DNA of 64,000 nt from Gammaproteobacteria bacterium. Its GTDB lineage: Bacteria; Pseudomonadota; Gammaproteobacteria; Eutrophobiales; Eutrophobiaceae. Where the stretch lies: assembly GCA_965243205.1 (NCBI GenBank), contig CBDEUK010000001.1:384001-448000 (forward strand), read 5' to 3'. The notes beneath the pieces were generated by a model. The model saw only the letters and a program-made list of their open reading frames with translations. It searched no databases and was not told where the DNA came from. Positions 41,386-51,049 of this stretch are shown here, in pieces (within the stretch, counting starts at the first letter, position 1; every line of letters begins with the position of its first letter). The translations under genes were made by a program, and so were the position numbers.

Positions 41386-42084
41386 CTATTTTCTTCGTGA
41401 CAAACTAAATAAACCGAAGATTGCTGAACCGAATAACCAAACAGCTGCAGGAACGGGTACTACTGTCGCATTAGCGCGCCCAAACGCATCACCATCGGCG
41501 ACAGCCCAACCATAAAAGTAAGTCTCAAAATTCTTAGGGATTAACCCTTGGCTAAGATCCGCTGATGCAAATGCGTATGCGCTTGCTCCTGAAGAATCTT
41601 CGGACCAATACCCAACTAAGTTTTGAATATTACTAAAAGCTGATTCGCCTGCACTTGGAATCGAAGCAAAACTGAATCCGCTAGCATTCGAGGTTAAATT
41701 CGAAGTTGGAGTCCTACCAAAGTATTCGCTAAACAAAAATAATATCTCACTGCCATTTGACCCTATAATAGAAGGCAATCGCCATGCATCAAAACCTAAA
41801 TAGTTTTGTGAGTTCATTCCAGCAACCCAATTCATGGCTTCGTTCCAATTCATGGCACCATTAGCACCGATCCCACCAACTCCAAAATTGTTGGAACTGG
41901 CTAAATTGGCATCAGCTAACCAAGTAATATCCAAAATATCATCATAGAAAGCTTCATATGTGGATGAATCACCGTCTATATCTCGACCAACTAAAGCCGC
42001 AGACGAAGAAAAAGATATCAATATAAGTAACAAGCCCGCAATACTGCTAATAGCATCACGACTTAGAGGATCTCTAAGCTTCAT
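41386..42084 (-). CDS. VPLPA/PEP-CTERM sorting-domain protein (DUF1566/Lcl-like region)
   Basis: Signal peptide; YD..LDITWLADAN, M.W.EA..WV, WRLP; C-terminal VPVPAAVWLFGSAIFGLFSLSRRK; ATG 42084 with AGGGG RBS. Confidence 0.85.
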   Translation of the reverse strand: MKLRDPLSRDAISSIAGLLLILISFSSSAALVGRDIDGDSSTYEAFYDDILDITWLADANLASSNNFGVGGIGANGAMNWNEAMNWVAGMNSQNYLGFDAWRLPSIIGSNGSEILFLFSEYFGRTPTSNLTSNASGFSFASIPSAGESAFSNIQNLVGYWSEDSSGASAYAFASADLSQGLIPKNFETYFYGWAVADGDAFGRANATVVPVPAAVWLFGSAIFGLFSLSRRK

Positions 42085-42338
42085 TATTAAACCCCTACAA
42101 AACAACATCTGCGCAAAGCATGGTTTCCTTAGCTTTGAACGGATTAATATTATTATTTACTGTTAGATAATGAACATTCTAAATATTTAGGAATATTCAT
42201 TCGTTAGAGATAATCGTGTTAGGCAAGTCAATTATACATATTATCAGTAATTTGTAATGCATTTTTATACAATTTAATTAAATTGTAATAATTCTTTTTC
42301 TATTAAATTCTTATAAATATTATATTGTTTTCAATGGC

Positions 42339-43730
42339 TTATGAGTTTTCATTAAACCAGGCCAGTTTTTCGTTTAAAGCAACCACCTCTCCTATAATGA
42401 TTAGGCTAGGAGGTCGGATATTTTCTTGTTCTATTCGCCCAGGCAAAGACTGAATAGTCTCGATAAATACTCTTTGGTCATTTAAAGAACCGCGCTCAAC
42501 CAAAGCCACTGGGGTTGAGCTAGACATACCATGTTCAATTAGTTTATTACATAATGATTCAGCTGCGGCTACACCCATGTATATGGCTAATGTTTGATTT
42601 GGCTGGACCAATGATGGCCAATTTAAATTTAAATCGCCGTCTTTCATATGTCCTGTCACAAAAATACAGCTTTGAGCATAATCTCTATGAGTTAATGGTA
42701 TACCGGCATAACTTGCGCAAGCAGCGGCAGCAGTAATTCCTGGAACAATTTGAAAGGACACCCCAGCTTCCGAAAGCTGTTCAATTTCTTCCCCACCTCG
42801 GCCGAAAATAAATGGGTCACCACCTTTTAAGCGTAAAACACGTTTTCCTTCTAAAGCGTACTTAACCAGTAAATCATTTATTTCTTCCTGTGGCACCGTA
42901 TGTTGATCGCGTTTTTTTCCAACGTAAATAAAATCGGCATCTCGACGGGCTAAATCCACTATATCCTTAGAAACTAAGCGATCATAAATGACGACCTCGG
43001 CTTGTTGAATTAATCGCAAGGCACGAAACGTTAATAAATCTGGATCGCCTGGCCCACCACCTACCAAATATACCTCTCCTTTGCTTTCATAAGATGGAAT
43101 CTCTTGTTCTAATTCATTCTGTAAAGCATCAAGGCCTGCTTTATCTTGTCCAGCTAAAAACATCTCTGTGATAGGGCCATTCAGAATCCGCTCCCAAAAA
43201 CGTCTTCGCTCATCGATACTAGGAAACTTTTGCTTCACTTGTTCGCGAAAATCACGCATCAAAGCACCTAAGCGCCCAAACCCAGAAGGAATAAAAGTCT
43301 CTAATCTTGAACGTAATAACCTAGCCAATACAGGAGAAGCACCACCAGTTGAAATAGCTATTTGCACTGGATGTCGGTCAATTGTTGAAGGAACAATAAA
43401 GCTGCACAGCGCTGGATCATCAACCACATTTACAGGAATACATTTAGCCTGAGCCTGTTGTGAAATCTCTTGATTAACTTGATTATCCGATGTTGCGGCC
43501 ACTACAATCTGTTTTGAATTTAAGTGTGAAGAATCATATTTTTCAGCTAAGTGAGTGATTGCTTCTTGTTCAACTAGACGTTGTAGAGGCTCACAAATTT
43601 CTGGCGCTACGACAGTTATACAGGCTCCCGCCTTGCGTAGCTGATTGACTTTTCGTGAGGCAACTTCACCGCCACCAACCACCAAACAATCTCGGTCTGT
43701 TAATTTTAAAAATATCGGGAAATAATCCAC
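42339..43730 (-). CDS. cysG: Siroheme synthase
   Basis: MDYFPIF..L..R.CLVVGGGEVA.RK, STGGASPVLAR, LVGGGPGDPDLLT, RLKGGDPFIFGRGGEE. Confidence 0.96.
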   Translation of the reverse strand: MDYFPIFLKLTDRDCLVVGGGEVASRKVNQLRKAGACITVVAPEICEPLQRLVEQEAITHLAEKYDSSHLNSKQIVVAATSDNQVNQEISQQAQAKCIPVNVVDDPALCSFIVPSTIDRHPVQIAISTGGASPVLARLLRSRLETFIPSGFGRLGALMRDFREQVKQKFPSIDERRRFWERILNGPITEMFLAGQDKAGLDALQNELEQEIPSYESKGEVYLVGGGPGDPDLLTFRALRLIQQAEVVIYDRLVSKDIVDLARRDADFIYVGKKRDQHTVPQEEINDLLVKYALEGKRVLRLKGGDPFIFGRGGEEIEQLSEAGVSFQIVPGITAAAACASYAGIPLTHRDYAQSCIFVTGHMKDGDLNLNWPSLVQPNQTLAIYMGVAAAESLCNKLIEHGMSSSTPVALVERGSLNDQRVFIETIQSLPGRIEQENIRPPSLIIIGEVVALNEKLAWFNENS

Positions 43731-43838
43731 AAGCTTACCTGAAATAGATTAGAGTTTTCAAAACCTTACCTCCTGAAACACTAAAGAGCCAGTATTTTTT
43801 ATCATCAGTAAAATAAGTCATTTTTTTAGATAAAAATG

Positions 43839-43865
43839 TAAAGTTTGCTGAAAAAAAACCGATAT
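43839..43865 (+). promoter_or_regulatory. Putative sigma-28 (FliA) promoter
   Basis: TAAAGTTT-N11-ACCGATAT versus consensus TAAAGTTT-N11-GCCGATAA, about 65 bp upstream of the stator genes. Confidence 0.75.
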
Positions 43866-43931
43866 TAAATTTAAATAATTTCTAATTTTATGTCCCTCAA
43901 AGCAGAGACAGTCGGTTTTAGGAGGTAAAAA

Positions 43932-44687
43932 GTGGATCTCGCAACAGTCGTTGGCCTATTAGTCGCATTTGGAATCATCATGGCATCTATTTTCATGGGT
44001 GGCAGTGTCATGACATTTGTAAACATTCCTTCACTCTTAGTGGTTGGAGGGGGAACCATTGGTGCTGTGCTTATGCAATTCAGTTTGGCCCAATTCCTTG
44101 GTGCTGTTGGGGTGGCGATGAAAGGCTTTTTTAATAAGTCCCAAGACCCACAAGAGTTAATCGACATTACTGTTGACCTTGCTGATACCGCTCGTAAAGG
44201 TGGTTTATTAGCATTAGAAGAAAAAGATACTGGCATTCCGTTTTATCAAATGGGTATTCAAATGATGGTTGATGGTCATGAACCCGAAGTAGTTCGTAAA
44301 ATGATGATTAGCGAGATGAACTTAACCGTTGAACGTCATGACATTGGCAAAAAGATTTTCAAATCCATTGGTGATATGGCTCCTGCAATGGGAATGATCG
44401 GAACCTTAATTGGTTTAGTACAAATGTTATCAAACATGGAAGATCCAAAATCGATTGGTCCTGCTATGGCCGTTGCATTGTTAACAACATTATACGGAGC
44501 AATGATTGCCAACGTCTTTGCTCTTCCTCTTTCTGAAAAACTTGGTCTACGTAGTGACGAAGAACGCATGACAAAATCGATGATAATCGATGGCGTAACT
44601 GGCATCCAAGAAGGTAGAAACCCAAAAGTCATAGCCAGCATGCTACAGACGTATCTTCCTGGTTCTAAACGTCCAACCGAAGAATAA
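43932..44687 (+). CDS. pomA: Flagellar stator protein PomA/MotA
   Basis: MDLAT..GL, ARKGGLLALE, APAMGMIGTLIGLV.ML.NM.DP.SIGPAMAVALLTTLYG; AGGAGG RBS. Confidence 0.9.
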   Translation: MDLATVVGLLVAFGIIMASIFMGGSVMTFVNIPSLLVVGGGTIGAVLMQFSLAQFLGAVGVAMKGFFNKSQDPQELIDITVDLADTARKGGLLALEEKDTGIPFYQMGIQMMVDGHEPEVVRKMMISEMNLTVERHDIGKKIFKSIGDMAPAMGMIGTLIGLVQMLSNMEDPKSIGPAMAVALLTTLYGAMIANVFALPLSEKLGLRSDEERMTKSMIIDGVTGIQEGRNPKVIASMLQTYLPGSKRPTEE

Positions 44688-44705
44688 TTAAGTATTTAAA
44701 ACCTT

Positions 44706-45962
44706 ATGAGTGACGAAGCTCCTCCAAAAAAAGAAGAAGGTGGTGGTGCACCAGCCTGGGTAATGACCTTTGCCGACTTAATGTCGCTGCTCATGTGTTT
44801 CTTTGTGTTGTTATTATCATTTGCAGAAATGGATTTATTAAAATTCAAACAAATTGCAGGCTCGATGAAAATGGCCTTTGGTGTCCAACGAGATATCAAA
44901 GTCAAAGAGATGCCTAAAGGTACCAGCGTTATTGCTCAAGAGTTTAGTCCAGGAAAACCAACTCCTACACCTGTCGCTGAAGTTAGACAACAATCCGTTG
45001 ATGAAACCAAACAGACTTTAGAGTTTACTGATGCAACAAATGAATCTGATGATAATCGTAGTGGGCAAGATAACGATAACAGTGAAGATGCTCCCGTTCA
45101 AAAACAGCCTGATTCATTAATACCAAACGATGTTCAATTGGAACAGAACTTACAAGAGCTTACGGAAATGGTATCTGAAATGGAGCAAACAATGGAGGCT
45201 CTTACAGAAAGTGTTGCGGATAAATTAAGCCCAGAGGAATTAGCGATACTAGAAGAAGCTCAAGTCCAACTTGAGAACATTGATGATAAAGTCGAAGAAA
45301 TAGTAGCGCTTGAAAAAACACTAGAAATAAAAGAAGTTGTTGTGCAACCGAGTTATGAACAAACTAATGAAGATGCTCAAAAACTATTACAAGCATTAGC
45401 TCCTGAAATTGAAAAAGGTTTAGTCGACGTTGAAACTGAAAAAAATAAAATCCTAATACGAATTAAAGAAAAAGGTTCGTTCCCTTCAGGTTCTTCTACA
45501 CTTGAAGGAGGTTTCTTACCTGTTATTAATAAACTTAAAATCGCACTTCATGCTATTAACGGCAAGATTGTTGTTTCAGGCCATACTGATAACATCCCTA
45601 TAAATACTGCAAGATTCCGGTCGAATTGGGAATTATCATCTTCTCGTGCAGTGACTGTGGTACACGAAATTCTTAAGAACAGTAAATTAAGTGAACGTCG
45701 ATTTAAAGTTGAAGGACAAGGCTCCGCACACCCTATCGTGCCAAATAACTCTTCTGAAAACCGTGCAATTAACCGTCGAGTTGAACTACTTATCATTCAA
45801 AACGATGGTGATAAAATTGAAGAAGTCGATGCCGAGGAACAGCTTGGTGATTCTAAAGAAGAACCTGTTCTCGATAAACAAGAAACAGAAATTATTGATA
45901 CTACAGGATTAAAATCAAAACTTGATCTTATTTCTGGCCCACTGACTGAGCCAGAAGGTTAG
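44706..45962 (+). CDS. motB: Flagellar stator protein PomB/MotB
   Basis: W..TFADLMSLLMCFFVLLLSF.EMD..KFKQIAGSMK.AFGVQ, plus OmpA-like domain GHTDN.PI...SNWELS..RA...NRRVE. Confidence 0.9.
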   Translation: MSDEAPPKKEEGGGAPAWVMTFADLMSLLMCFFVLLLSFAEMDLLKFKQIAGSMKMAFGVQRDIKVKEMPKGTSVIAQEFSPGKPTPTPVAEVRQQSVDETKQTLEFTDATNESDDNRSGQDNDNSEDAPVQKQPDSLIPNDVQLEQNLQELTEMVSEMEQTMEALTESVADKLSPEELAILEEAQVQLENIDDKVEEIVALEKTLEIKEVVVQPSYEQTNEDAQKLLQALAPEIEKGLVDVETEKNKILIRIKEKGSFPSGSSTLEGGFLPVINKLKIALHAINGKIVVSGHTDNIPINTARFRSNWELSSSRAVTVVHEILKNSKLSERRFKVEGQGSAHPIVPNNSSENRAINRRVELLIIQNDGDKIEEVDAEEQLGDSKEEPVLDKQETEIIDTTGLKSKLDLISGPLTEPEG

Positions 45963-45971
45963 AAGTATTAA

Positions 45972-46199
45972 TTAATCATTTTCCCATTTGATTTGAAATT
46001 CAATTTCTTCATTTTTTCCTTCACGTTCGTGTTCTATATTAAATATCGCTTTTGCAGGCACGTAAATTCTCTCGCCAGCAATTTGGATATTAAAACGTTT
46101 TTCTTTTTCTAAAGCATCAGCTAATCGTCTTAACTTAGCAACGAATTGTGAAGTCGTATAAGATTTTTCAATATCTCTTTGCTTTTTCTTCTTAACCAT
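45972..46199 (-). CDS. Amphi-Trp domain-containing protein
   Basis: KLRRLADALE...IQIAGERIYVP...EHERE...EIEFQIKW; probable ATG at 46199. Confidence 0.75.
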   Translation of the reverse strand: MVKKKKQRDIEKSYTTSQFVAKLRRLADALEKEKRFNIQIAGERIYVPAKAIFNIEHEREGKNEEIEFQIKWEND

Positions 46200-46352
46200 A
46201 ATATTTCTCATCGAGCTCACGAAAATAAAATTTTCTGTATCATATAATCAAAATATGATTCAGGTAGACATAAAATCTAATATATTTAATATCAATGTCA
46301 TAAAATTTAAATAATATATAGAATCACTATATATTCTATAAGGAAATTATTC

Positions 46353-46994
46353 ATGAAACATATAGTTAGTATATTTTTAATATGCTTCTCTCAACTTCTA
46401 TTTAGTACTATGGCTAATGCCGAAATCATATATTTTGATTTTAGTGGTAATATAAATGCCATATCTGATAATGCAGGTATCACACAAGATCAAGGGGTTA
46501 CTATAAATTCTCCCATCAATTTAGTAATAGCTATCAATCAATCTATAGATGCTTTCACTATTAGCAATGCAGGTGATACAACTATCCTCACAGAATCAAT
46601 TCCATCGAATCAAGATTATATTTATTCAGAACTAATATCTGGTAGTTTAATTCAAGAAAAGGATGGCGGTTTTTTTAACAATCCTGATAATATCGCTCAT
46701 TACCATTCTTTTTTTGTTTTTTTTACTTTTGGCGGAGCTTCGGGAGTTTTTACTCTAGGTTCAGATAATAATAAAATTGAGTTGTTCTGTATTTTCCCTT
46801 TAGATTCACAATCAGCACCATGTGGTGGTTCACAAAGAGCCTTTAATTCAAATGGAAAATCTTCGACAATAGATTTTAATGGTAATCTTGTAACAACAAC
46901 CATACCAATACCATCTTCTTTTATATTACTATCATCTTCGCTTTTTTTATTAAGAAAGAACTATAAAAACAATGTTAGGTCTTTGGCAAAGTAA
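46353..46994 (+). CDS. Exported protein with degenerate PEP-CTERM/VPLPA-type C-terminus
   Basis: Signal peptide ending ANA-E; C-terminal [19 protein letters not shown]; very AT-rich. Confidence 0.65.
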   Translation: MKHIVSIFLICFSQLLFSTMANAEIIYFDFSGNINAISDNAGITQDQGVTINSPINLVIAINQSIDAFTISNAGDTTILTESIPSNQDYIYSELISGSLIQEKDGGFFNNPDNIAHYHSFFVFFTFGGASGVFTLGSDNNKIELFCIFPLDSQSAPCGGSQRAFNSNGKSSTIDFNGNLVTTTIPIPSSFILLSSSLFLLRKNYKNNVRSLAK

Positions 46995-47541
46995 CGCCTT
47001 TCTGCCCTTGATACTTACCATCACGATCTTTGTATGAGGTTTCACACACCTCATCAGATTCTAAAAAGATCATTTGTGCAACGCCTTCATTCGCATAGAT
47101 CTTTGCTGGTAAGTTAGTGGTATTAGAAAACTCTAAAGTAACATGACCTTCCCATTCAGGTTCTAACGGTGTGACATTTACAATGATGCCACAACGCGCA
47201 TAGGTTGATTTGCCTAAACAAATGGTTAAGACATTTCTTGGAATACGGAAGTATTCAACGGTATGAGCTAATGCAAATGCATTCGGTGGGATAATGCAAT
47301 AATCGGCTTCTACATCAACAAAACTTTTTTCATCGAAATTTTTTGGATCAACCGTTGCTGAATGTACATTGGTAAAAATTTTAAAATGATTTGCGCAACG
47401 TACATCATAACCATAGCTGGATGTACCATAAGAAATTAAACGGTTGCCATTATCATATTTAATTTGGTTTGGTTCGAAGGGCTCGATCATCCCTTCTTGC
47501 TCCGCCATTCGACGGATCCATTTATCACTTTTTATTGTCAT
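46975..47541 (-). CDS. dcd: dCTP deaminase
   Basis: [46 protein letters not shown]. Confidence 0.96.
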   Translation of the reverse strand: MTIKSDKWIRRMAEQEGMIEPFEPNQIKYDNGNRLISYGTSSYGYDVRCANHFKIFTNVHSATVDPKNFDEKSFVDVEADYCIIPPNAFALAHTVEYFRIPRNVLTICLGKSTYARCGIIVNVTPLEPEWEGHVTLEFSNTTNLPAKIYANEGVAQMIFLESDEVCETSYKDRDGKYQGQKGVTLPKT

Positions 47542-47556
47542 TGTTATTTATTTTAT

Positions 47557-48648
47557 TTAGTTATTTTCGATTACAATCTTTGGAAACTTACTTGAAAAAT
47601 CTTTTTGCTGTAAAGCTAATTTTGCAGACATCTTTAATGCAATTTCACTATAAGCTTTTGCAATATCTGATTCGGGTTCTAATGCGACCGTTGGTTTTCC
47701 ATTATCTACACCCTCTCGAATACGAATATCCAAAGGTAATTCACCTAACATATCAACCGCATATTGTTTACTCATCACTTCACCGCCACCAGAACCAAAA
47801 ATATGCTCTTCATGACCGCATTGACTGCAAATATGTGTACTCATATTCTCGACCAATCCTAATACTGGCACATTCACTTTTTCAAACATCTTTAGGGCTT
47901 TACGAGCATCCAACAAGGCAATGTCTTGTGGCGTCGTAACTATCACCGCGCCGCTTAAAGGAATCTTTTGCGATAAAGTTAATTGGATATCACCTGTACC
48001 AGGTGGCAAATCAATGATTAAATAATCGATATCACGCCAATTGGTTTCGCGAATCATTTGTTCCAACGCACTGGTTGCCATTGGCCCACGCCATATCATC
48101 GGTGTTTCTTCATCTATCATGTAACCAATCGACATCGATTGAAGCCCATAACTCACATTCGGCTCCATGGATTTGCCATCTTTGGTATCAGGTTTTCCTG
48201 AATAGCCCAACATTCGTGGTTGGCTTGGGCCATAAATATCCGCATCTAAAATGCCAACTTTCGCACCCTCAGCTTGTAGTGCTAAAGCAAGATTAATCGA
48301 AGTCGTAGACTTACCCACCCCACCTTTACCTGACGCAACGGCAATTGTGTTCTTAACGCCTTTAAGGACATCTACTCCACGTTGTACTGTACGAGCAGCA
48401 ATATTTTGGTTTAGTTGAATATCCAAGGTAGAAATACCTTCTATGTCATTCAAGCTATCTTTAATGCCTTGCTGAATTTCCAACTGATAATTTTTGATTG
48501 GGAAACCCATATCGCAAACAATAGTCACAGAACCTCCATCAATCTGAATGTCTTTAATGGATTTTGATGAGACTAAATCTGTTTCCAAAAAGGGTACTGT
48601 ATAGCCGTCGAGCGCGGTTTCGATGTCTTGTTTTTGAATATCAGGCAT
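47557..48648 (-). CDS. apbC: Fe-S cluster carrier ATPase ApbC/Mrp
   Basis: VASGKGGVGKST, LDADIYGPS, WRGPM, DLPPGTGD, VTTPQ, ENMS.HICSQC. Confidence 0.95.
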   Translation of the reverse strand: MPDIQKQDIETALDGYTVPFLETDLVSSKSIKDIQIDGGSVTIVCDMGFPIKNYQLEIQQGIKDSLNDIEGISTLDIQLNQNIAARTVQRGVDVLKGVKNTIAVASGKGGVGKSTTSINLALALQAEGAKVGILDADIYGPSQPRMLGYSGKPDTKDGKSMEPNVSYGLQSMSIGYMIDEETPMIWRGPMATSALEQMIRETNWRDIDYLIIDLPPGTGDIQLTLSQKIPLSGAVIVTTPQDIALLDARKALKMFEKVNVPVLGLVENMSTHICSQCGHEEHIFGSGGGEVMSKQYAVDMLGELPLDIRIREGVDNGKPTVALEPESDIAKAYSEIALKMSAKLALQQKDFSSKFPKIVIENN

Positions 48649-48721
48649 TTTTAAAACTCAATAACATATGAAGGCGGCGTATCATACCACAAGCCGTTAT
48701 ATGCATTGAATGTAAATTGAA

Positions 48722-49408
48722 TTAGTTTGAATCGAATCGATAGCCTGCGCCGTGCACTGTTGCAATAATTAACGGATTTTGAGGATCGATTTCGATGCGT
48801 TTTCTAAGTTTGGAAATATGTTGATCCAGTGTCCGACTACTGGGTAAATAATCATGCCCCCAACATTCATTCGAGAGTGTATCACGATCGACTACCTGTC
48901 CTTGTCTTAGAAATAAAGTTTGTAGAATTTTAATATCACGTAGACTCAGTTCAATAGATTCTGTATCTCGATAAGCACGCAGTTCTTTAGGGATTACCTG
49001 GAGTGAATTCATTGTAAAACTATTGTCTTTGTTCGAGTCATCTTCACTTAAACAACGACGAGTAATGGCTCTGATACGTGCAATCACTTCACGAGTCCCG
49101 AATGGTTTTACAATAAAATCATCCGCGCCAAGTTCCAAACCAACCACACGGTCTATCTCTTCTGATTTTGCACTCAAAAATATAACAGGTACTTTAGTGT
49201 TATTCTCTCGAATGGAGCGACAGACTGAATACCCATCTTGCTTTGGCATCATAATATCCAGTATTACAAAACTAGGTATTTCTTCTAAAAATAATGCCAG
49301 CGCCTCTTCGCCATCTTCAGCAGCTATGACATCATAGCCTTCTGACTCAAGTAATGTTTTTAAGCCTTCACGAATATATTGGTCATCTTCGGCAATAAGT
49401 ATTTTCAT
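48722..49408 (-). CDS. OmpR/PhoB-family response regulator
   Basis: AEDD, LDIMMP, FLSAK, GADDFIVKPF; winged helix SRTLDQHISKLRKRIE..TVHGAGY. Confidence 0.93.
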   Translation of the reverse strand: MKILIAEDDQYIREGLKTLLESEGYDVIAAEDGEEALALFLEEIPSFVILDIMMPKQDGYSVCRSIRENNTKVPVIFLSAKSEEIDRVVGLELGADDFIVKPFGTREVIARIRAITRRCLSEDDSNKDNSFTMNSLQVIPKELRAYRDTESIELSLRDIKILQTLFLRQGQVVDRDTLSNECWGHDYLPSSRTLDQHISKLRKRIEIDPQNPLIIATVHGAGYRFDSN

Positions 49409-50997
49409 GATTTAGTTTCCGTAACAGGCGTTGATAAATTTACTTCAAAACAACAACCTTTCTGAGTTGATTTTAAAAACACATCACCTCCATGCAGTTG
49501 TGCTAATTCACGTGCGAGATTCAAACCAATTCCAGTTCCAGCAACACCTTCATTAATTTTATCGCTTACACGATAAAATGGTTGGAAGATTTTTTTCATG
49601 TCTTTTTTAGGTATACCTGAACCTTTGTCGATTACCTTAATGATTGTTGTTTCATTATTTTGTTCATGTTGAATTTCCAAGTACTTTCCATTAGCGGCAT
49701 ACTTTTCTACATTACTAATTAAATTATTTAATATTTGCTCAAGAACATCTGGATCAAATATCACTTCTGGAAACTCTTGTTCTTGATAAACAATAGTAAA
49801 TTGTTTTTGTTCTAATGAAGGACTGAATGTATCAAGACATTTATTAATGATATGGCTTACCTTGCCTGAACGAGTTTGTATGGATAGTTTATTTCGCTCG
49901 TAACGACCGAAAGATAAAACGTTTGCAATAAGCCTTGATAGTCGTTGACTCTCTGCCACTATCACATTTAGATAATGTTTATTTTGTGAATCCTCTTCCG
50001 ATACATTATCCTCTAGCAATTCCGCATACATTCGTATATTTGTTAATGGTGTTTTAAGCTCATGAGAAACTTGATTCACAAAATTAACTCTTCTCGCAGC
50101 ATTTTCTGTTTCTCGACGGGATTCTTTATATAAATACATCGCTAAAAAACCTGACAACAACATAAACAAACTGATCATCCCAAGCGCATTAAATTGTTGT
50201 GCCGATAAAAATGTTTTTTTATCCGAAACATAATATTCCAAACTCCAACCATTCAATGGAGAAGACAATGGTAATCTCTGAATAGGTTTTAAATCGTCGT
50301 TTTCGCTTAACGTCCCCCACTGATAAATTAAGTCACCACCACTATCCATGAATTTAATTAAATCGTTTGTTTCAATTTCTGAAGAGGTGTGAGGCAAGAT
50401 TGAAATCAAATCCGATTTTATTCGCATTACATCCAAATCAGCGCCAATGGTCGTTCCATTTGCAGCTTGAATCCAAAATACTAAATTCAAACCATTACCC
50501 CAAAACCAACTGTACCAACCGTTTTTACTAGGCTTTAGTACTTTTCGTTGTAACGATGAAAAGTAACGAGATTTTTCCTCTTCATAATCATTTATCGAAG
50601 TACTTTTGTATAATTCATTTCCTTGCCAAAGAATATTACTGCGTTCGATAAATTGTTTTTCTTGCTTAGTAAATTCTAAGTTTTCAGAAGGATAAACTCG
50701 GTCACCCTCTGAATTAATTAAAAATGTTTGTCGTATAAGAGGATATTTTTCTGATACTGTACGCCAATCATTTAAACCGTCCATCCGACTTAAGACCAAA
50801 CCCAATTCCTGTTGTTGTTCGATCATGTAACGTAGAATATCTTCATCTAAATTTCTTAGTTGCTCAATCACAAGCTTATTCAATCGAACTTCTTGAATGG
50901 AACTTTCTTGCATCGACATGCGGTAACCAAACCAGGACAGCAATACACCTGGCGTGAGCACCAACAGAAAAAGCAATAAGATAAATCGTCTATTCAT
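49405..50997 (-). CDS. Sensor histidine kinase (2 TM, periplasmic domain)
   Basis: VSHELKTPLTNIRMYAE, NLISNVEKY, D.G.GI, GTGIGL; 4-bp overlap with the response regulator. Confidence 0.93.
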   Translation of the reverse strand: MNRRFILLLFLLVLTPGVLLSWFGYRMSMQESSIQEVRLNKLVIEQLRNLDEDILRYMIEQQQELGLVLSRMDGLNDWRTVSEKYPLIRQTFLINSEGDRVYPSENLEFTKQEKQFIERSNILWQGNELYKSTSINDYEEEKSRYFSSLQRKVLKPSKNGWYSWFWGNGLNLVFWIQAANGTTIGADLDVMRIKSDLISILPHTSSEIETNDLIKFMDSGGDLIYQWGTLSENDDLKPIQRLPLSSPLNGWSLEYYVSDKKTFLSAQQFNALGMISLFMLLSGFLAMYLYKESRRETENAARRVNFVNQVSHELKTPLTNIRMYAELLEDNVSEEDSQNKHYLNVIVAESQRLSRLIANVLSFGRYERNKLSIQTRSGKVSHIINKCLDTFSPSLEQKQFTIVYQEQEFPEVIFDPDVLEQILNNLISNVEKYAANGKYLEIQHEQNNETTIIKVIDKGSGIPKKDMKKIFQPFYRVSDKINEGVAGTGIGLNLARELAQLHGGDVFLKSTQKGCCFEVNLSTPVTETKS

Positions 50998-51000
50998 AAT

Positions 51001-51031
51001 AAAAAATCAGCCTACAATATTTGCAGGCTGA
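51001..51031 (-). terminator. Intrinsic terminator between the VWA and kinase genes
   Basis: Minus strand TCAGCCTGCA-AATAT-TGTAGGCTGA-TTTTTT, ending a few bases before the kinase ATG. Confidence 0.7.
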
Positions 51032-51049
51032 ATAATGTAATTATTAATT

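Noticed and set aside
42171-42199. Imperfect palindrome around CTAAATATTTAG
   Set aside because: It lies in a very AT-rich spacer where such palindromes arise by chance, and no second copy was seen.
43932-45962. MotAB pair as Zorya ZorAB anti-phage system
   Set aside because: The A subunit has normal PomA length without a long tail, PomB motifs are canonical, a sigma-28 promoter is present, and there are no zorC/D/E genes.
47469-47939. 156-aa + strand ORF and the other short antisense ORFs (e.g. 11926-12393, 28635-29162, 22345-22680)
   Set aside because: They overlap well-conserved genes on the opposite strand and show no motifs or RBS; typical shadow ORFs.
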